64,000 nt of DNA from NCBI RefSeq assembly GCF_000372725.1, contig NW_005201249.1, forward strand, positions 24,198 through 88,197. The letters run 5' to 3'. The notes beneath the pieces were generated by a model. The model saw only the letters and a list, made by a program, of their open reading frames with translations, searched no databases and was not told the DNA's origin. Shown here piece after piece: positions 32,977-45,688 of the stretch; the first letter of the stretch is position 1, and each line of letters begins with the position of its first letter. Both the position numbers and the translations under genes were made by a program. This DNA is from Emiliania huxleyi CCMP1516 (taxonomy: Eukaryota).

Positions 32977-35900
32977 ATGGTTGCCCCGCCGAGTAAACCG
33001 CCGCCGAGCGCGGAGTACTTGTCCCGCTCAAGGAGAACTGTGGAGGCAAGATCGGCTGAGGCTTGGCAGGCACAGCGCAAGAACTGCCAGGCGGCCGCTC
33101 CGCCGCGCACGGCGGCTTTGGACATAGATCCCTTGCCCCGCGGCAGCGTCACATGGGCCCCGCTCGGCGTCGAGCGCTTCTCCGCCGAGCCCCGCGGCAT
33201 CGGCATCGGCGGCAGCACGCTACTGGAGCAGTGCCGTGAGGACTTATCGAGCAAGGCCTGCAAGCACAAGCAGAAGATCGGGATTGGCATGGTGCTGTGC
33301 TGCTTCCTCGGCATCGCGGGCGGCGTCGGTGGCGGCGTGGGCGGGGGCGTCGGAGCCGGCGTGCCGGCAGTCGCTGCTGCGGCTGCCGTGGTTGCCAGAA
33401 CAATCATGGTGAATGCACCCGCGCCAGCGCCTGCGCCGGGGCCCAGCTCGCCAGCGCCCGCAAACGCGCCGCACGGGCAAGGGCATGGCACCGGCAATGG
33501 GCAGGGTCAAGGTCAGGGTCACGGTCTGGGCATGGCGGGCGCAGGCGCGGCGGGAGCTGGCGCAGCGGGCGCGGGCGTGCTCGACTGCCGCTGGCTCGAC
33601 TTCGACCACGGCTCCTTCTGGCCGATTGCAAACCAGTTCATCGTCGTGATACGGCCCGAATTTGCGGCCAAGGAGTGGGCGGAGGAGTACGAGGACTGGT
33701 GGTACTACACAGACCTGGGTGACCCGATGCTCTTGCCAAACTACTATTCGCACCTCGCCACGATTGAGCGCGTGCTCAACGCCGCCGTCGTTCGTGCGGG
33801 CTGGGGCGTCGTCGTCGACATCCTCCAGGACGAGCGCGTCGAGCGCGTCGCGTTTGACTGCGCCGTGCACGCCGACGTCTCGTTGCACCCAGATGCGGCG
33901 AGCGACGCGGCGGCGGGGCTTGAGCACGAGGCAGAGGTCTGGGCGGCCGACCTTGACCCAACCAACCTGCTCTCGGCCGTGACCCAGTCGTGGCCGCTGC
34001 CACCGCTCTGGCGCCGGCGGCGGGCCCTCGCAGACATCGACGCCGACGGCCTTGAGGAGAACGGGCTGCCTTGGAACCTCGACCGGCTAGACGGCGAAGG
34101 CGGCGTCCTCGACGGTCAGTACAACGATGCGATGGGCGGCGAGGGCGGTAAGGGCGTCAGCGTCTACGTGATGGACACCGGCGTTGCCAAGCACGATGAC
34201 CTTCGAGGCAAGCTGCAGCGCGGCTTCCCAGACGCTGGGATGCTGCGCTCGCTAGAGCGCATCATGGGCCAGGAATGGGACAGCACGGAGTGGCACGAGG
34301 ACGGAATCTTCGAGCCGGGTCCGGGGCGGGGCGATCACGGCACGCATGTTGCGTCTGCAATCGCGGGTGACCGTTTCGGCGTCGCAAAGGGCGCGACGGT
34401 GGTGCCGGTGCAGGTGTTGCAGAACATCGTGCAGAAGGACAGTCAGGGGGAGGTGGACGAGCCCTTTGCGAGCGGCCCAACTTCACTCTTCCTTCTCGCG
34501 CTCGACTGGATCGTCACTGACTTCACTGCCGCCGCCGCCAACACAACCTCGGGGCGGCGCGGTTGCGTCATCAACCTCTCGTACGGCGGCAAGTTCTCAG
34601 GCGACGTGTACGGGTGGTTCTCGCTGCCCGAGGACGCGCTGGCGGCTGTCGAGGCGGCGGGGTGCGTTGTCATCAAGGCGGCAGGCAACGACGGTGGCGC
34701 GGCCTGCAACACCTACCCGGCTGCCTCCCGGCATGGCATCTCGGTCGGCGCGACAGGCAAGCCGCGCCCGTTTGGGAGCGACCCGCTGCTGCCTTGGTCG
34801 AACCACGGCTGCTGCTCCGACATCTTTGCGCCGGGCGAGTCCATCCTCGCGGCGTCAGCCGAGGCGGCCAACGCCACTGCCGCCAGCGACGGCACCTCAT
34901 CGGCTGCGGCGATGGCGTCGGGCGTCGCAGCGCTACTGTGGTCGGAAGACGCCGGCGCAGCGACAGCCGATGAGGTCTTCGTTGCGGTGCTGTGCCTGGC
35001 GGAGCGCGACGCCATCTACGGCGTCTGCCCCTGCGAGGAGGGTGGCACCTGCACCGCCGGCTCGGCCGCGTGTGACGTCGACGAGTCGCCGCTCGCCAAC
35101 GCGACGCTGCAGCAGATGGAAGGCGAAGACGCGGCGACGGCGCAGGCGGCGGTGCAGGATGCGCTGGACACGCCGAACCGCCTCCTCTCGATCATTGCCG
35201 CGGGCGGGAGCTCGGGGTGGCCGCGCACAGGGGAGTGCCTCGCATTCGACCGCCGTGCGTGGGGCTACAAGCCGTGCCTCCCTGCGCAGCCCCTGGCGGG
35301 GAATAGCACCAACGTCACCAACGCCACCGAATGCAAGGATGACCCGTTCGCCCTCCTCCGTCCCGGCTCGGACGCCACGGAGCGGACGGCGGGCGCCGCG
35401 CAAACAGAGCGCGCGGGCAGCGGCGCGGCGGACGCGTCGCAGCAGCTGCCAAAAAAATTCTCATACCCGCAGATCAACTCGACCTGGGTCTGGGCGGGCG
35501 ACTGCCAGTCCGCGATCGAGCACTGGGAGGCCGCGCTGCAGCTTGAGCGCGCCGCCGTCTGCGCCACGAACCTCTCCGTCGCGCTCCGAACCGTCTACCC
35601 TGACGATGCGGAGCGGCCACCGCTGCCGAACGGCCTCAGCGAGGGCTCACAGCTCGCGACGGTCTGCGCCGCGTCGTGCGCGCTGGTCGGGCTCGGCCCA
35701 TGTGTGCCGGGCTGGGAGCCGCACCCCGTCACGGAGGTGGGCGGCTGCCACCCGGCGGGCTCCCTGCTCGAGCTCGCCGGAGGCCGCGCAGTCCGCATCG
35801 AGGATGTGCGGGTCGGCACGCCCGTGCTCACCCCCTCCGGGTACGAGCCGGTGGTCGGCCGGCTGCATGCCGAGCCCATCGTTTCGCGGGAGTACTTTGA

Positions 35901-36687
35901 GATCGTAACCTCCCGCGGTGTGATGTCCATCTCGCCGCTGCACTGGCTGTACGTCAACGGCTCCCTCGCCGACCCCGCGGGAGTGCGCCCCGGCGATTGG
36001 CTCACGGCGCCGGACGATACCCGTGCCGAGGTGCTGTCGGTGCGGCGGACGCTCCGGGAAGGAGCTTACCACATCACGACTCCGAGTGGCGCCTACTACG
36101 TGGATGGACACCTCGCCTCCACCTACATGGCGGTGGTGCCGCACTGGGCGTGGCGGCTCTTTGGCGACGGCTACGTGCGGCTGCGTCACCGCCTCGGCGT
36201 GCCGGTGACCCGAGGGCCGAAAACCGCACAGCCCTTTGAGCAGGCGCCCTCTACACCCGCTGCTGTGAATAGGTGACGCCCGAGGGCGAGGGGCCGCTCA
36301 GCATCTTTTGGCCGTACCATCTCTGGACGGCGCTTGGTGCGCCACCGCCACCGCCACTGGTCGGTCGGTCCGCCAACGCTGCGCGCGAGCATACCCTTCT
36401 CTCGCCCTCTACTCGTAGGCGTGCCGCCCTCTGCTGTGCCTCTCCTGTGGCCCTTCACGATGACCGGCAGACTACCAGGAGGCGTCCGAACCCTTTCTTC
36501 CTTCGCTTTCACGCTCAGCCTGTGAATAGGCACCCTGCTCGCGGAGCTCGCCAACACGGCGGTCCGCCAGCCCCTCGCGCTAGCACACGCCGTCGCCTCA
36601 GGCCTTGCCCTTGGCATGGCGCTGCCTCTGGGGCTGTTGAGGGCGTCGTCGCGAGGCGGCCGCTCTGGGCGCATAAAGATACATTAA
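32977..36687 (+). CDS. S8 subtilisin-like protease fused to a C-terminal Hint (Hog-type) autoprocessing domain
   Basis: Protease motifs: PWNLDRLD, VYVMDTG (Asp 34174), HGTHVAS (His 34336), AAGND, DIFAPG, DGTSSA (Ser 34897), PNRLL. Hint starts at Cys 35746: GG|CHPAGSLLELAGGRAVRIEDVRVGTPVL...ISPLHWLYV...VRPGDWL...GAYHITTPSGAYYVDGHLASTY. Hydrophobic tail exons probably run to TAA 36685-36687. The start Met is uncertain. Confidence 0.88.
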
Positions 36688-37329
36688 GGCTGCATGTGCG
36701 CATCGACAGGGGCCATCGAAAGCTGGGCACCAGGGTGCAAGCAGTACACTGAGTTGTCAGATGAGAGATGTCACTGAGTAGACCATTAGTCCAATAGTGC
36801 ATGCCCGGGGTATAGAGACGAAAAAGAGTCTGTCTCTGCTGTAACCTGTATGGACAGTCTCGTTCATGTACACGTTGTTGCTTATTGTCGTTACAACAAT
36901 ATCTTTGTGTTGCGAGCCTTTATACATGCATAATTATATCACGAGACAACTGTGTTACCTGTTACCCGACTCTCTGCATGGACTATCTCCCCTCAACGAG
37001 GAAGTTACAATAGAGGTTCGGGGGCGCTCTTGGTCTCGCATTCCTCTCTGACCTCTAATCAACCCGACCGGACTCCCCGCGCGGCAAGCTCCTGTACGCG
37101 TCGTGCTCCGCCTCGCGCGCTCGAGCTCTGTCGCTCTGTCGCTCTGTCGCTCTCTCACTCTCTTGTTCTCGCTCTCTCACTCTCTCGTGCCAGCATGTGT
37201 TCTCGACCACAAGAGCGGGTCCATGTGCATGCAAGCCCTGTGTGCCCCAGGTAGGCAGAAGTCGGGCGTGTCCGCTCCCGCGGACCGCCGTCAAGAAGGT
37301 ACAGCGTGCTCGTATCCGCGGGTGGCCCC

Positions 37330-40300
37330 TCAAGCAGGGGGCACGGGTTGCGGCTGTGGTGGCGGCGGCTGTTGCTGCGGCTGTGGCTGAGGCGGTGGGA
37401 AGTATCCTTGGAAGGAGGGCGCTGCCGCCATGGCATAATAGCCGCCGCCGGCGGCGATGTAAGTGTGGGGCTGCGGCTGTGGCTGCAGCTGCGGCTGGGG
37501 TGGCTGTTGCTGTTGCTGCTGTGCCGCCGCGGCGGCGGCGGCGTACTCGTGCACGTAGTACGTTGGGGGAGGCGCCGAGCCCGCGTCGCCTTCCCGCGGC
37601 ATGACGACGCCGCCGTCGCCCGGCGGCGGAGGGGGCGCGCCCGGGTGGGGCGGCTGGATAGCCCGGCGGCGGAGCGTGCATCACCATCACCTGCGGAAGA
37701 AGGCCAAGGAGTTCCGCTGGAAAGGCCGTTGGGGCATTCTTCCGGGGTCAAGAAACTGGGGGGGGGGGCGGGAGGGGAAAAAAACCCTGCCCCCGGGAAT
37801 CGGGGGGGGGGGNNNNNNNNNNNNNNNNNNNNNNNNNNNNNNNNNNNNNNNNNNNNNNNNNNNNNNNNNNNNNNNNNNNNNNNNNNNNNNNNNNNNNNNN
37901 NNNNNNNNNNNNNNNNAGAAAGACCCACCCGGAGGGGCGCCGCCGACGCCAAAGGGAAGAGACGCCGCACGCCCCGCCGCCACCGGAGGCCGACTGGCCG
38001 CCCGAGTACCAGATAGTCCACGCGCCGGGGGGGGGTCACCTGCCCCGGCATCGGCGGGTGGCCCATCTGAGGCGCGTAGACCATCTGGTACTCGGGCGGC
38101 CAGTAGGCCACCGGCGGCGGCGGGGCGGGCAGCGCGCCGTACCCGCCGTCGTCGCCGACGAGGCCATACGGCGTGCGGCTCTGCTCGTGCAGCCGGAGCA
38201 GCCGGTGGTAGCGGTTGCGGGCGGCGTGGTCGGTGCGGTTGGGCAGGCGCGCGGCGATCTCCATCCACTTTGGCCCGAGCTCCGCCACCGACGAGAGGAT
38301 CAGGTTGTCTTCCTCCTTGGACCAGCCGAGCCGCGAGATGTCGCCAGACTCCGAGTCGGCGGGCGGGTGCGGCTTGACGGGTGGCGGCCGGCGCGCAATC
38401 GCGCGCATCGGGTCGGGCGGCATGGGCTGCGCCGCCTGTGCCTGGCAGATGTGGTGCTTCTTTGGCATGCCGCACTTGGAGCACTTGTAGCCCGCCTGCG
38501 AGGGCCGCAATCATGCTTGGGGTCTTCATCATGCCTTGGGGCTCTACTCAAGCACGGGTTCCCGCGAGGCGACGCGCATGCCGCGCCGGAGCGATCGGAG
38601 GGGGGAGGAGGAGCGGGGGGGGGGGCGGGGGGGAGGAGGCCGCCCAACCTTGCGTACGCCGGAGCTAGGAGCGACGACGGCGGGCGCGAGCCCTTGCGTG
38701 CTCGCAACCTCCTTTTGCTGGTGGTACTTTCGCGCCTGCCGGTGTGGCACGGGGAAGGCACGGGGAGGGTGGGCAGTGGGGAAGGCGGTGTGCGTGAGGG
38801 TGGCGGGCGGAGGAGGTGGAGGAGAGGGCGGGGGAGGTGGAGGAGAGGGCGGCGGCGACGCTCGCTCGCCTCCTCGAGCCGGTGCCACCGGTTGCGCACC
38901 GCGTCGTCGGAGCGGTTGGGCAGCATCTCTGCGATGCGCCGCCACTTGCCTCCGATCGATGCGACGGCCTGCATGATGACTGAGTCTTCGGACTGGGTCC
39001 AGACCTGCGGAGGGGCGGGGCGCGAGGAGCGGGGGTGCGGGCGGAGCGGGGTTCGGAGCGGAGTTGCGAGGCGACGAGGAAGTGGAGAGGGCGAGGGGAG
39101 GTGTGGCGGGGAGGAGGCGGGCGGAGGTCCGACTGACCGTGCGGGTCGTGTCCTTGTCGACGGCTGAGAGGGGAGGCCCGCCCGCGGCGTAGGGGGCGAT
39201 CGTCCCGTCGGGCCCAGGCGGAGGCTGAGGGTAGACCAACGGAGCCGCGCCGATCATCGCGAGCGGCGCCACGGCGTACGGGCCAGGCGAACTGTCCAAG
39301 TAGGGCTGGGGCGGGTAGTGGGCGACGAAGCCGGGGCGAGGCGGCGCGGCGAGCGGGGGCGGCGCGGCGGCGGACGTCCCTTCCGCCTGGCGCGGAGAGG
39401 GAGGGGGTGGAGAGGGGCGGTTGGAGGGCACGCGAGGGTTAGCGGCTCGCAGCGGTGGGCCAACGCCGCTAGGGCGGGCCGGCGGGCGGTTTTAANNNNN
39501 NNNNNNNNNNNNNNNNNNNNNNNNNNNNNNNNNNNNNNNNNNNNNNNNNNNNNNNNNNNNNNNNNNNNNNNNNNNNNNNNNNNNNNNNNNNNNNNNNNNN
39601 NNNNNNNNNNNNNNNNNNNNNNGGGGGGGGCATCGCACCGGCCTCCTCCAGCTCCGACATCTCTCTCGCTGCGTTGATCGCGGCCTGGCGCCGACAGCAG
39701 ACGGGAGGTGAAAAATTGCAACAAGGTGACCAACAGCAAGACTGGTAGCACTGGGGGGAACGGTCAGTTAGTGGTGAGGCAGCCAAAAGGTTGGCGTGCT
39801 GCTTCCGTGGGTATTGAATGGCGGGGAGAGGGATCTCTTGTGGTCGCGGTCGCGGGGCGCCGCCGCCTCCATCGCCGGGTCGAGCCGCGGCGCAGGCGAC
39901 CCTGCTGCTGCTGCGCCACCGCTCCCGGATCGCGACGTTGGTGGCTCCGATTGCCCGCAAGAGTGCATCATGAGGGAGGCGGCGGCGGCCATGGCCTCCT
40001 CCTCCGCTGTGGGGCCGGCCGCGACCGCCGCGGCCGACTCCGCGTCCTCCGCAGACGTGGCGGTCGAGGGGCCAGAGGGGTCCTCTCCCAGCCTAGGCCG
40101 CTTTTTGGCAGGCTCCACCGCCGGCCGGACCCCCAGGCTCGCGCCCTCCTCGGCGGCCGAGGTTGCCGCGGCGGAGGGCTCGGGCGGGGCGCTCACTTCC
40201 GAGGGAGTGGAGCCGCCCGCCGCGTCCTGCTGAGCAGTCATGGCAGCCTCCGCGGCAAAGGCCTCGTGGCTTGCGGTCGACGGCGCCTTGGAGCTGACGC

Positions 40301-40403
40301 CAGGGAGAGAAAGAGCGTCCTGCGGCGATGGGAGGGGCGCGGGGCGATCTGAGCTGATGAGGCGGCCGCCGGGACCGCGTCGCGTCACCGGCACCTCGAC
40401 CAT
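37330..40403 (-). CDS. Myb-domain transcription factor (two Myb repeats separated by a CxxC-H-C knuckle; Q/P-rich tail), multi-exon, spans gaps
   Basis: VWTQSEDSVIMQAVASIGGKWRRIAEMLPNRSDDAVRNRWHRL; YKCSKCGMPKKHHIC; GWSKEEDNLILSSVAELGPKWMEIAARLPNRTDHAARNRYHRL. Ends are approximate. Confidence 0.85.
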
Positions 40404-40979
40404 GTGCGGTAGGAGCCGCCAATTTTCGGGGCTGCAAGCGCCGCAAAGATCCTGGGCAAACTGTGGCGGGCAGTTTAGGCGAGGTGTGGCAGGTTGGGCG
40501 CCGTAGACGTTACAAAGACATGTTCCTCGCTGTCGCGGCGGGCACTTTGATTGGACGGCGAGCGTTGACCCCCAATGAAATGTTTGAGAGACGAGTCGCA
40601 CGTAAGCGAAGAGAGTCTTTAAAAATCTCTCTCTCCGTAAGCGACGGAGAGAAAGACGCCGCGGCTAGAGCCGAGAGGGAAAGCGAAAGGGCGGGGTAGG
40701 CGGGGGAGGGGAGGTGTGTGTGTGTGTGTTATGTGTGTGTGTGTTAAAATCCTTGTGGTGGCGGCGTGCCGTCCTCCCATCCCTCCCTTCTATTGTCCGT
40801 TTTCTTTCTTTCTTTGTGTGTGTGTGGGGGGGGGGACACCCAGGGTGGGAGGGAGGGAGGGAGAGGGAGAAGGAGGGAAAGGGAGGGAGAGGGAGGGGAG
40901 GGGGTCGAGGTGGTCGAGGTGGCGAGGTTTGTCCACAAAACGGACCCGAAGTAAGGTGGTCCGCGAGCCGGCCGGCGTC

Positions 40980-41663
40980 ATGCAGCGCTGCGGCTGGGAA
41001 GGCCGGTGCAAGGCAGTTGGAGACATGGTCGTGGACTGCCCGTCGCCGCCACCACCATCACCTCCTCCTCCTCCACCGCCGCCGCCATCCCCACCGCCGC
41101 CGCCGCCGCCATTGCCGCCGCCGCCGCCACCGCCGCCGCCACCGCCGCCGCCATCGCCGCTGCCACTGTCGATGCCGCCGCCTCCATCTCCGCTACTAGC
41201 GTCGCCGTCGCCTCCGCCTCCGCCGCCGCCACCGAGCCCGCCGCCACCGAGCCCTTCGCCGGAGCTAATTGTCTTTCCGGATGTCACGCCGAGGGCTGTC
41301 CCAGGAGACACCACCTGTCACGCCAAAGTAGGCCAGCCGTACCCCGAATCGTATGGCTGCGCCTGCCACTCTTCGTGTGCGGAGTGTGGGTATCGGTACC
41401 CACGGTTTCCGAACGGTTCGGACGATTGCATAAGCTGCAAAGCTCCCGTGGAAGTCAAGGGTGTCTACGCCGATGGTACGGGCACGTGCCCTCCGGCGCC
41501 TTCACCGTCTCCGGCGCCTTCACCGTCCAAAGGCACGACCCTGGGATCCATGATCACTTGGCCTGCATACACGTCAGCACTTTTCGTTTCCGGAAATTTC
41601 CAGGGAAACCACGAGAGGGTGTTTGGAGCTCCATTCTGGCAACTCTCGAGTTTCCCTGAGTGA
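40980..41663 (+). CDS. Proline-rich protein fragment with a furin-like Cys-rich repeat
   Basis: Poly-Pro/SP stalk followed by CACHSSCAECG...DDCISC. Gene boundaries are unclear. Confidence 0.4.
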   Translation: MQRCGWEGRCKAVGDMVVDCPSPPPPSPPPPPPPPPSPPPPPPPLPPPPPPPPPPPPPSPLPLSMPPPPSPLLASPSPPPPPPPPSPPPPSPSPELIVFPDVTPRAVPGDTTCHAKVGQPYPESYGCACHSSCAECGYRYPRFPNGSDDCISCKAPVEVKGVYADGTGTCPPAPSPSPAPSPSKGTTLGSMITWPAYTSALFVSGNFQGNHERVFGAPFWQLSSFPE

Positions 41664-41956
41664 GTCTGAGAGCTGGTCTGGGGCAAAATCTGAGGCGAAA
41701 CCGAGGAAACCGGCAAAATACCCCGGTATTTTGCCGATTTGGCTGATCTGGGGCCCACCACACCCGTCTCCAGCAAGCGCCGCCGCTTCTTGTCCGCGGA
41801 GTGCAGGCCCTCGTCCGGGGCGGCGGCCAATCCTCTCTTTGCGGCCTTCTGGAGGCGTCGTTCCTCCCGCTTCGCGGCCTGAGCAATCTGGTTGTCCCGC
41901 TTTTTCACCGCTTTCGAGTCCTTCTTAGCGAGCTGCTCCTTGGCCTTCCTCACCGC

Positions 41957-42714
41957 ATGCTGCTCCCGGTGGCCTTCCTCACCGCATTCTGCTTAGTTGC
42001 TTGCGCTGAACCTGGCGCGCCCTTTTTCAACAATAACCACCGCCGATTTTTGGTTGGAAACGATTGCCCGAGGACCGTCGGACCAAACATCATCCATGAT
42101 GAAGATTGCCTCGCTTCTGCTCGTCGCGCTCTCGGCGTCTGCCCTGCCGGTGCGTCGCTCCACCCCGCCACGCATACTCACACCGGCAGGCTGAGCCTAC
42201 ACGCACACACCGCGTGCGCAGGCCGAAACCGTCCACGACGTCAAGCGGCCTCGCCTTTGCGCCCAAGCCCTCTCCCGTGCCCGACTACCGCCGCCTCCTA
42301 AAGTGTGATGGCAAGACCACCGCCGCATGCTTTTTCGCCAACCACACTGAGCATGTCGACTACCGACATGTGCCCAGCGCCAAATCTCGCGGTGCTTGCC
42401 AGCGGCAGTGCAGCTTCGACGCTGCCTGCAACTCTTACGAGTGGCAGACGGGCGACCTCGCGTGCGCCCTGTGGCTGAATGGCGCCTGCACGGGCCCCGC
42501 TTCGTACTTGGACGCTCTCCACCCGGTTTGCCCCACGACCGAGACTTGGGCCAAGTGCACGGACGAATTCAACTGCGAGATACAATCACGACGTCAGCTG
42601 CAGACGTCTTCGATTTGCTATTTCTACAGGGAATGTGAGGAAATGATGGAAGCCCTCCTCTCTAAGAAAATGTTGATCAATGAAATTACCAGTCACGGTT
42701 ACAGAGCTCTGTAA
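41957..42714 (+). CDS. Small secreted Cys-rich protein with a PAN/Apple-like module
   Basis: Signal-like MLLPVAFLTAFCLVACA. A downstream exon encodes SRGACQRQCSFDAACNSYEW...CALW. An intron or frameshift is needed between the two parts. Confidence 0.45.
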
Positions 42715-43090
42715 TTTGGTGTCGTGGCTAGTGTCGTGTCGAGGTATCTGTCGCTGTGTGCTGTTTTGCAAAATGTTCCTCTCCGTCGACCGACGACCCC
42801 CTTCCCGCCGCCCTAGTAGAGGTAGGTGTGGTATTTTAAGGACGTCACCCAGTCCGCATGGTAGTAACCAGCTGATTTCCACGGAGTTTCCTCGGGAAAC
42901 TAGAGAGGAAACGAGAGGGTGCTGTAGAGAAACATCGAAAAAACGAGACGGGGTGAGCGAGGAAACATGTATGCAGCCTAAATGATCACGCACAGGAGAA
43001 ACGGACAGCTGGTCGGAACGTGAGTCACACAGGAAGGCGAATGTGACGACGGCCTCTAGATGAATAACTAGGAAGGATATAACTGGGGCC

Positions 43091-43693
43091 CCGGACGTAA
43101 GTGGGGCGGGGCCGGTTCCGGGCCGGTTCCGGGCCGGCGGGCCCCGGCCGGGTCAAAAGTGTCCGCTCCCGGGCCGCCGAGCGTGCTTTTGCCGGGCCGG
43201 TTTTCTCCTCGCCGGGCCCGCCTCGCGCAAAACGGGCCCGGCAAACCCTCCTGCCCGGGCCCGGCTGTGAGTGAGCGGGCCGGTCGGATGTGCCGCAGAC
43301 GGGCCCGGGCAGGACGGTTTGCCGGGCCGGGTTTCTCCTCGCCGGGCCCGCCTCGCTCCTCGGCCTGCTGATTTGGGCGCTTCGGCCCGGGAGTGGCAAG
43401 CCGGGCCCGGCAAAGCGCGCGGGCCGGGCCCGGGAAGGGCAAGCCGGGCCCGGCAGGGCGCGCGGGCCGGGCGGGCCCGGCAGGGGCCCGAGCCGGGCCC
43501 GGCCTGGCCCGGCGCCCCACCTTGCAAATCGACCCGTTTCCCATCCAATAAATATCTCCCACTCGGCCGCGGAGGCCCCAACTGAGAGCGGGGCCCGGGG
43601 GAGGGGGTCCCTACTGGTCGTGCCCACCCCTCGCACGACCCCGGGCGACAGCGGGGGACCCCGCAGCAGCAAACCCGCCCCACTTACATCCGG
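43091..43693. mobile_element. MITE-like element with 20-bp TIRs and a GGGCCCGG-rich interior
   Basis: CCGGACGTAAGTGGGGCGGG (43091-43110) versus CCCGCCCCACTTACATCCGG (43674-43693), one mismatch. Confidence 0.7.
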
Positions 43694-43734
43694 CGGCTTC
43701 CTAGGCATGTTTGGCATTAAATAAATAAATAAAT

Positions 43735-44150
43735 AAAACGGGCACGCCAAACGAGGGGTGGGAGAAGGACAGGGTCCCCACCTGCACGAGCAGGATCTTG
43801 TAAGGACGATCAGGGACACAGGGGAACGGGAGCGGGGAGCGCATCGCGACACGGAGGGGGGCTGGGCAGGGTTCACCCACACGACAGGGTCCCAGGGATT
43901 CCTCTCTCGTATAGGACAGGTTGCACCCGGCGGCACGGGGGCAGGCGCGGGCCTCCTACTGGTTGCGCTCTCCTAGTTCTCCTGCTCCTGACAAGGGACA
44001 GCGACAGGCTCGCAGCACGGTGGACTCCCTATTCCACTGGCGATCTCTCTCGACTAGCGGCCTTCCTCCGGCTTCTCACCAGCAGTCTCTCACTACCACG
44101 GGCACACTGACAGAGGCGGCCAAAAGGCTCACGTGGGTGGCAGGGCGGTG
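43735..44150. repeat. Dispersed repeat family B copy
   Basis: Similar to 62540-62790 (CACGCCAAACGAGGG...GGACAGGGTCCC(C)ACCTGCACGAGCAGGAT...GGCACACTGACA). Confidence 0.75.
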
Positions 44151-44523
44151 ATAGGAGTCTCCCACTCCGTGGGCTTCGCTAGAGGTGCGGCCCCTGCGCG
44201 TGTCCTCGCCGCTTGGCGTTGCAAAGCCCGAGAGGTTTTTTGGGGGCGCGCCGCCAGGCGCGTCCCCACTTTTGTATCACAGCTGCGAGGGCCAACCAAG
44301 GGATTCGGCGCGTCAAGTTAACTTGACCGCTCGTTCGGGCTTTGGGCCGCAGGCCGGCGCGCAGCGCCACGCCGCCAGGCGTCCGCCGGAGGCCCGCCGG
44401 AGGCTCTTCCTGCGGCCACATTCTGGCAAGATTCCGCCGCGCTCAGGCGCCCAGAGGATGCGTGCGCTGCGCTCAAACGTCGCGATTTGGCAATAGGCGC
44501 TCGAGCCGGCGCACAGCGGACGG

Positions 44524-45291
44524 GTGCGCCGCGCAGGGGGGGTCGGAGGGGTGCGAGAGGGGGCGTGGGTCAGGCGCGCACCGGCCGGCTCCGGGAGCGG
44601 CCGTCACGTCGAGGAGGGGGGCTGTCGGCGGCTCGAGCGGCGAGGCGTGCCACTCTGCTTCGCCGCCGACAGCCCCTCTTCCGAGCCGGCGCGTGGCGAC
44701 GAGCCGCGGCCAGTGTCGCTGGTTCCTTTGGCGGCGCAGCGTTTATCCCCCCCACCCGCGCCCGCCCGCCCGACCGCCCGCCCGCCCTCAGGCCTTGCCC
44801 CTTCGCAGGCGCGGGAGCGCTCGCCGGCGAGCACCTCCTACCTCTCCTCGCCCGGCTGCTCCCTTGCCCCGTCGCCCGCCGCGCCCTCGCCCGGCCTCAA
44901 GAGCTTGGCGGCCTTTGTCCGCCAGCTCAAGGCGTGGGACGAGGCGTGCGCCGACGGCCGCTCGTCGTGCTGGTTCGAGACGGAGGGCGACCTCCCGCGG
45001 CTGGCCGGGGAGGCGCTGCTGGCCGAGGCGGCCGCGACGGGCGCGAGGCGGATCGCCTTTGACGCCGTCGCGGCGCGTCTCGAGGCGACCGCGGCGCCGC
45101 CGCCGCCTCTCGGCACCGCCTTGGCCGCGTGGCCCACGGGATCGGGCATCGAGGAGGGCAACTTCTGCGGGCTGGCGCACTGGGCTGTGGAGGTGTGGCA
45201 CGCGGCCGGGTCGGTCGACGCGAGCCGGTGGCAGGTCGAGGCTGACGGAGGGCGCCTCTTCTTTGTGCGGGTCGCGGAAAAGGCCGCATAA
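44524..45291 (+). CDS. Hypothetical protein
   Basis: The C-terminal half looks globular (GLKSLAAFVRQLKAWDE...GNFCGLAHWAVEVW...). No family recognised. Confidence 0.3.
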   Translation: MRRAGGVGGVREGAWVRRAPAGSGSGRHVEEGGCRRLERRGVPLCFAADSPSSEPARGDEPRPVSLVPLAAQRLSPPPAPARPTARPPSGLAPSQARERSPASTSYLSSPGCSLAPSPAAPSPGLKSLAAFVRQLKAWDEACADGRSSCWFETEGDLPRLAGEALLAEAAATGARRIAFDAVAARLEATAAPPPPLGTALAAWPTGSGIEEGNFCGLAHWAVEVWHAAGSVDASRWQVEADGGRLFFVRVAEKAA

Positions 45292-45336
45292 TCGCGCTCT
45301 CCGCCGAGGCCCGCCTCGGCGACGGCGCTCGCCGCG

Positions 45337-45368
<32 letters not shown>

Positions 45369-45688
45369 CGTGATTCTTGACACATGATTACACTACACAG
45401 TCCTCCCTTCGGTTGTCGTTTCGACCCTGTTTTTTTCTTCTATCGCAGCGCACTCGCATCTGTGAGCCTAGCGCAGCGCGAACTCGCCGTCTGAGCCTAG
45501 CGCAGCGCGAACTCGCTCTGAGCCTAGCGCAGCGCCTCGGAAAACACCATTTTGGCTCGCCAACAAGCCCTCCGCGCCCCCACACCGTTAGGATAATACA
45601 TTTTCTTTTGCCACGTTCCCCGAGCTAGGAAAGGCGGTCCGTCTTAGAAGCCGAGCCCGCCGCCCGCTCCTCCTGCCACCTCTGCGTC

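Noticed and set aside
35746..36126. Hint domain as a true intein
   Set aside because: There is no terminal His-Asn followed by Cys/Ser/T and no endonuclease. It ends ASTY like Hog-type Hints and is not inserted within a conserved host domain.
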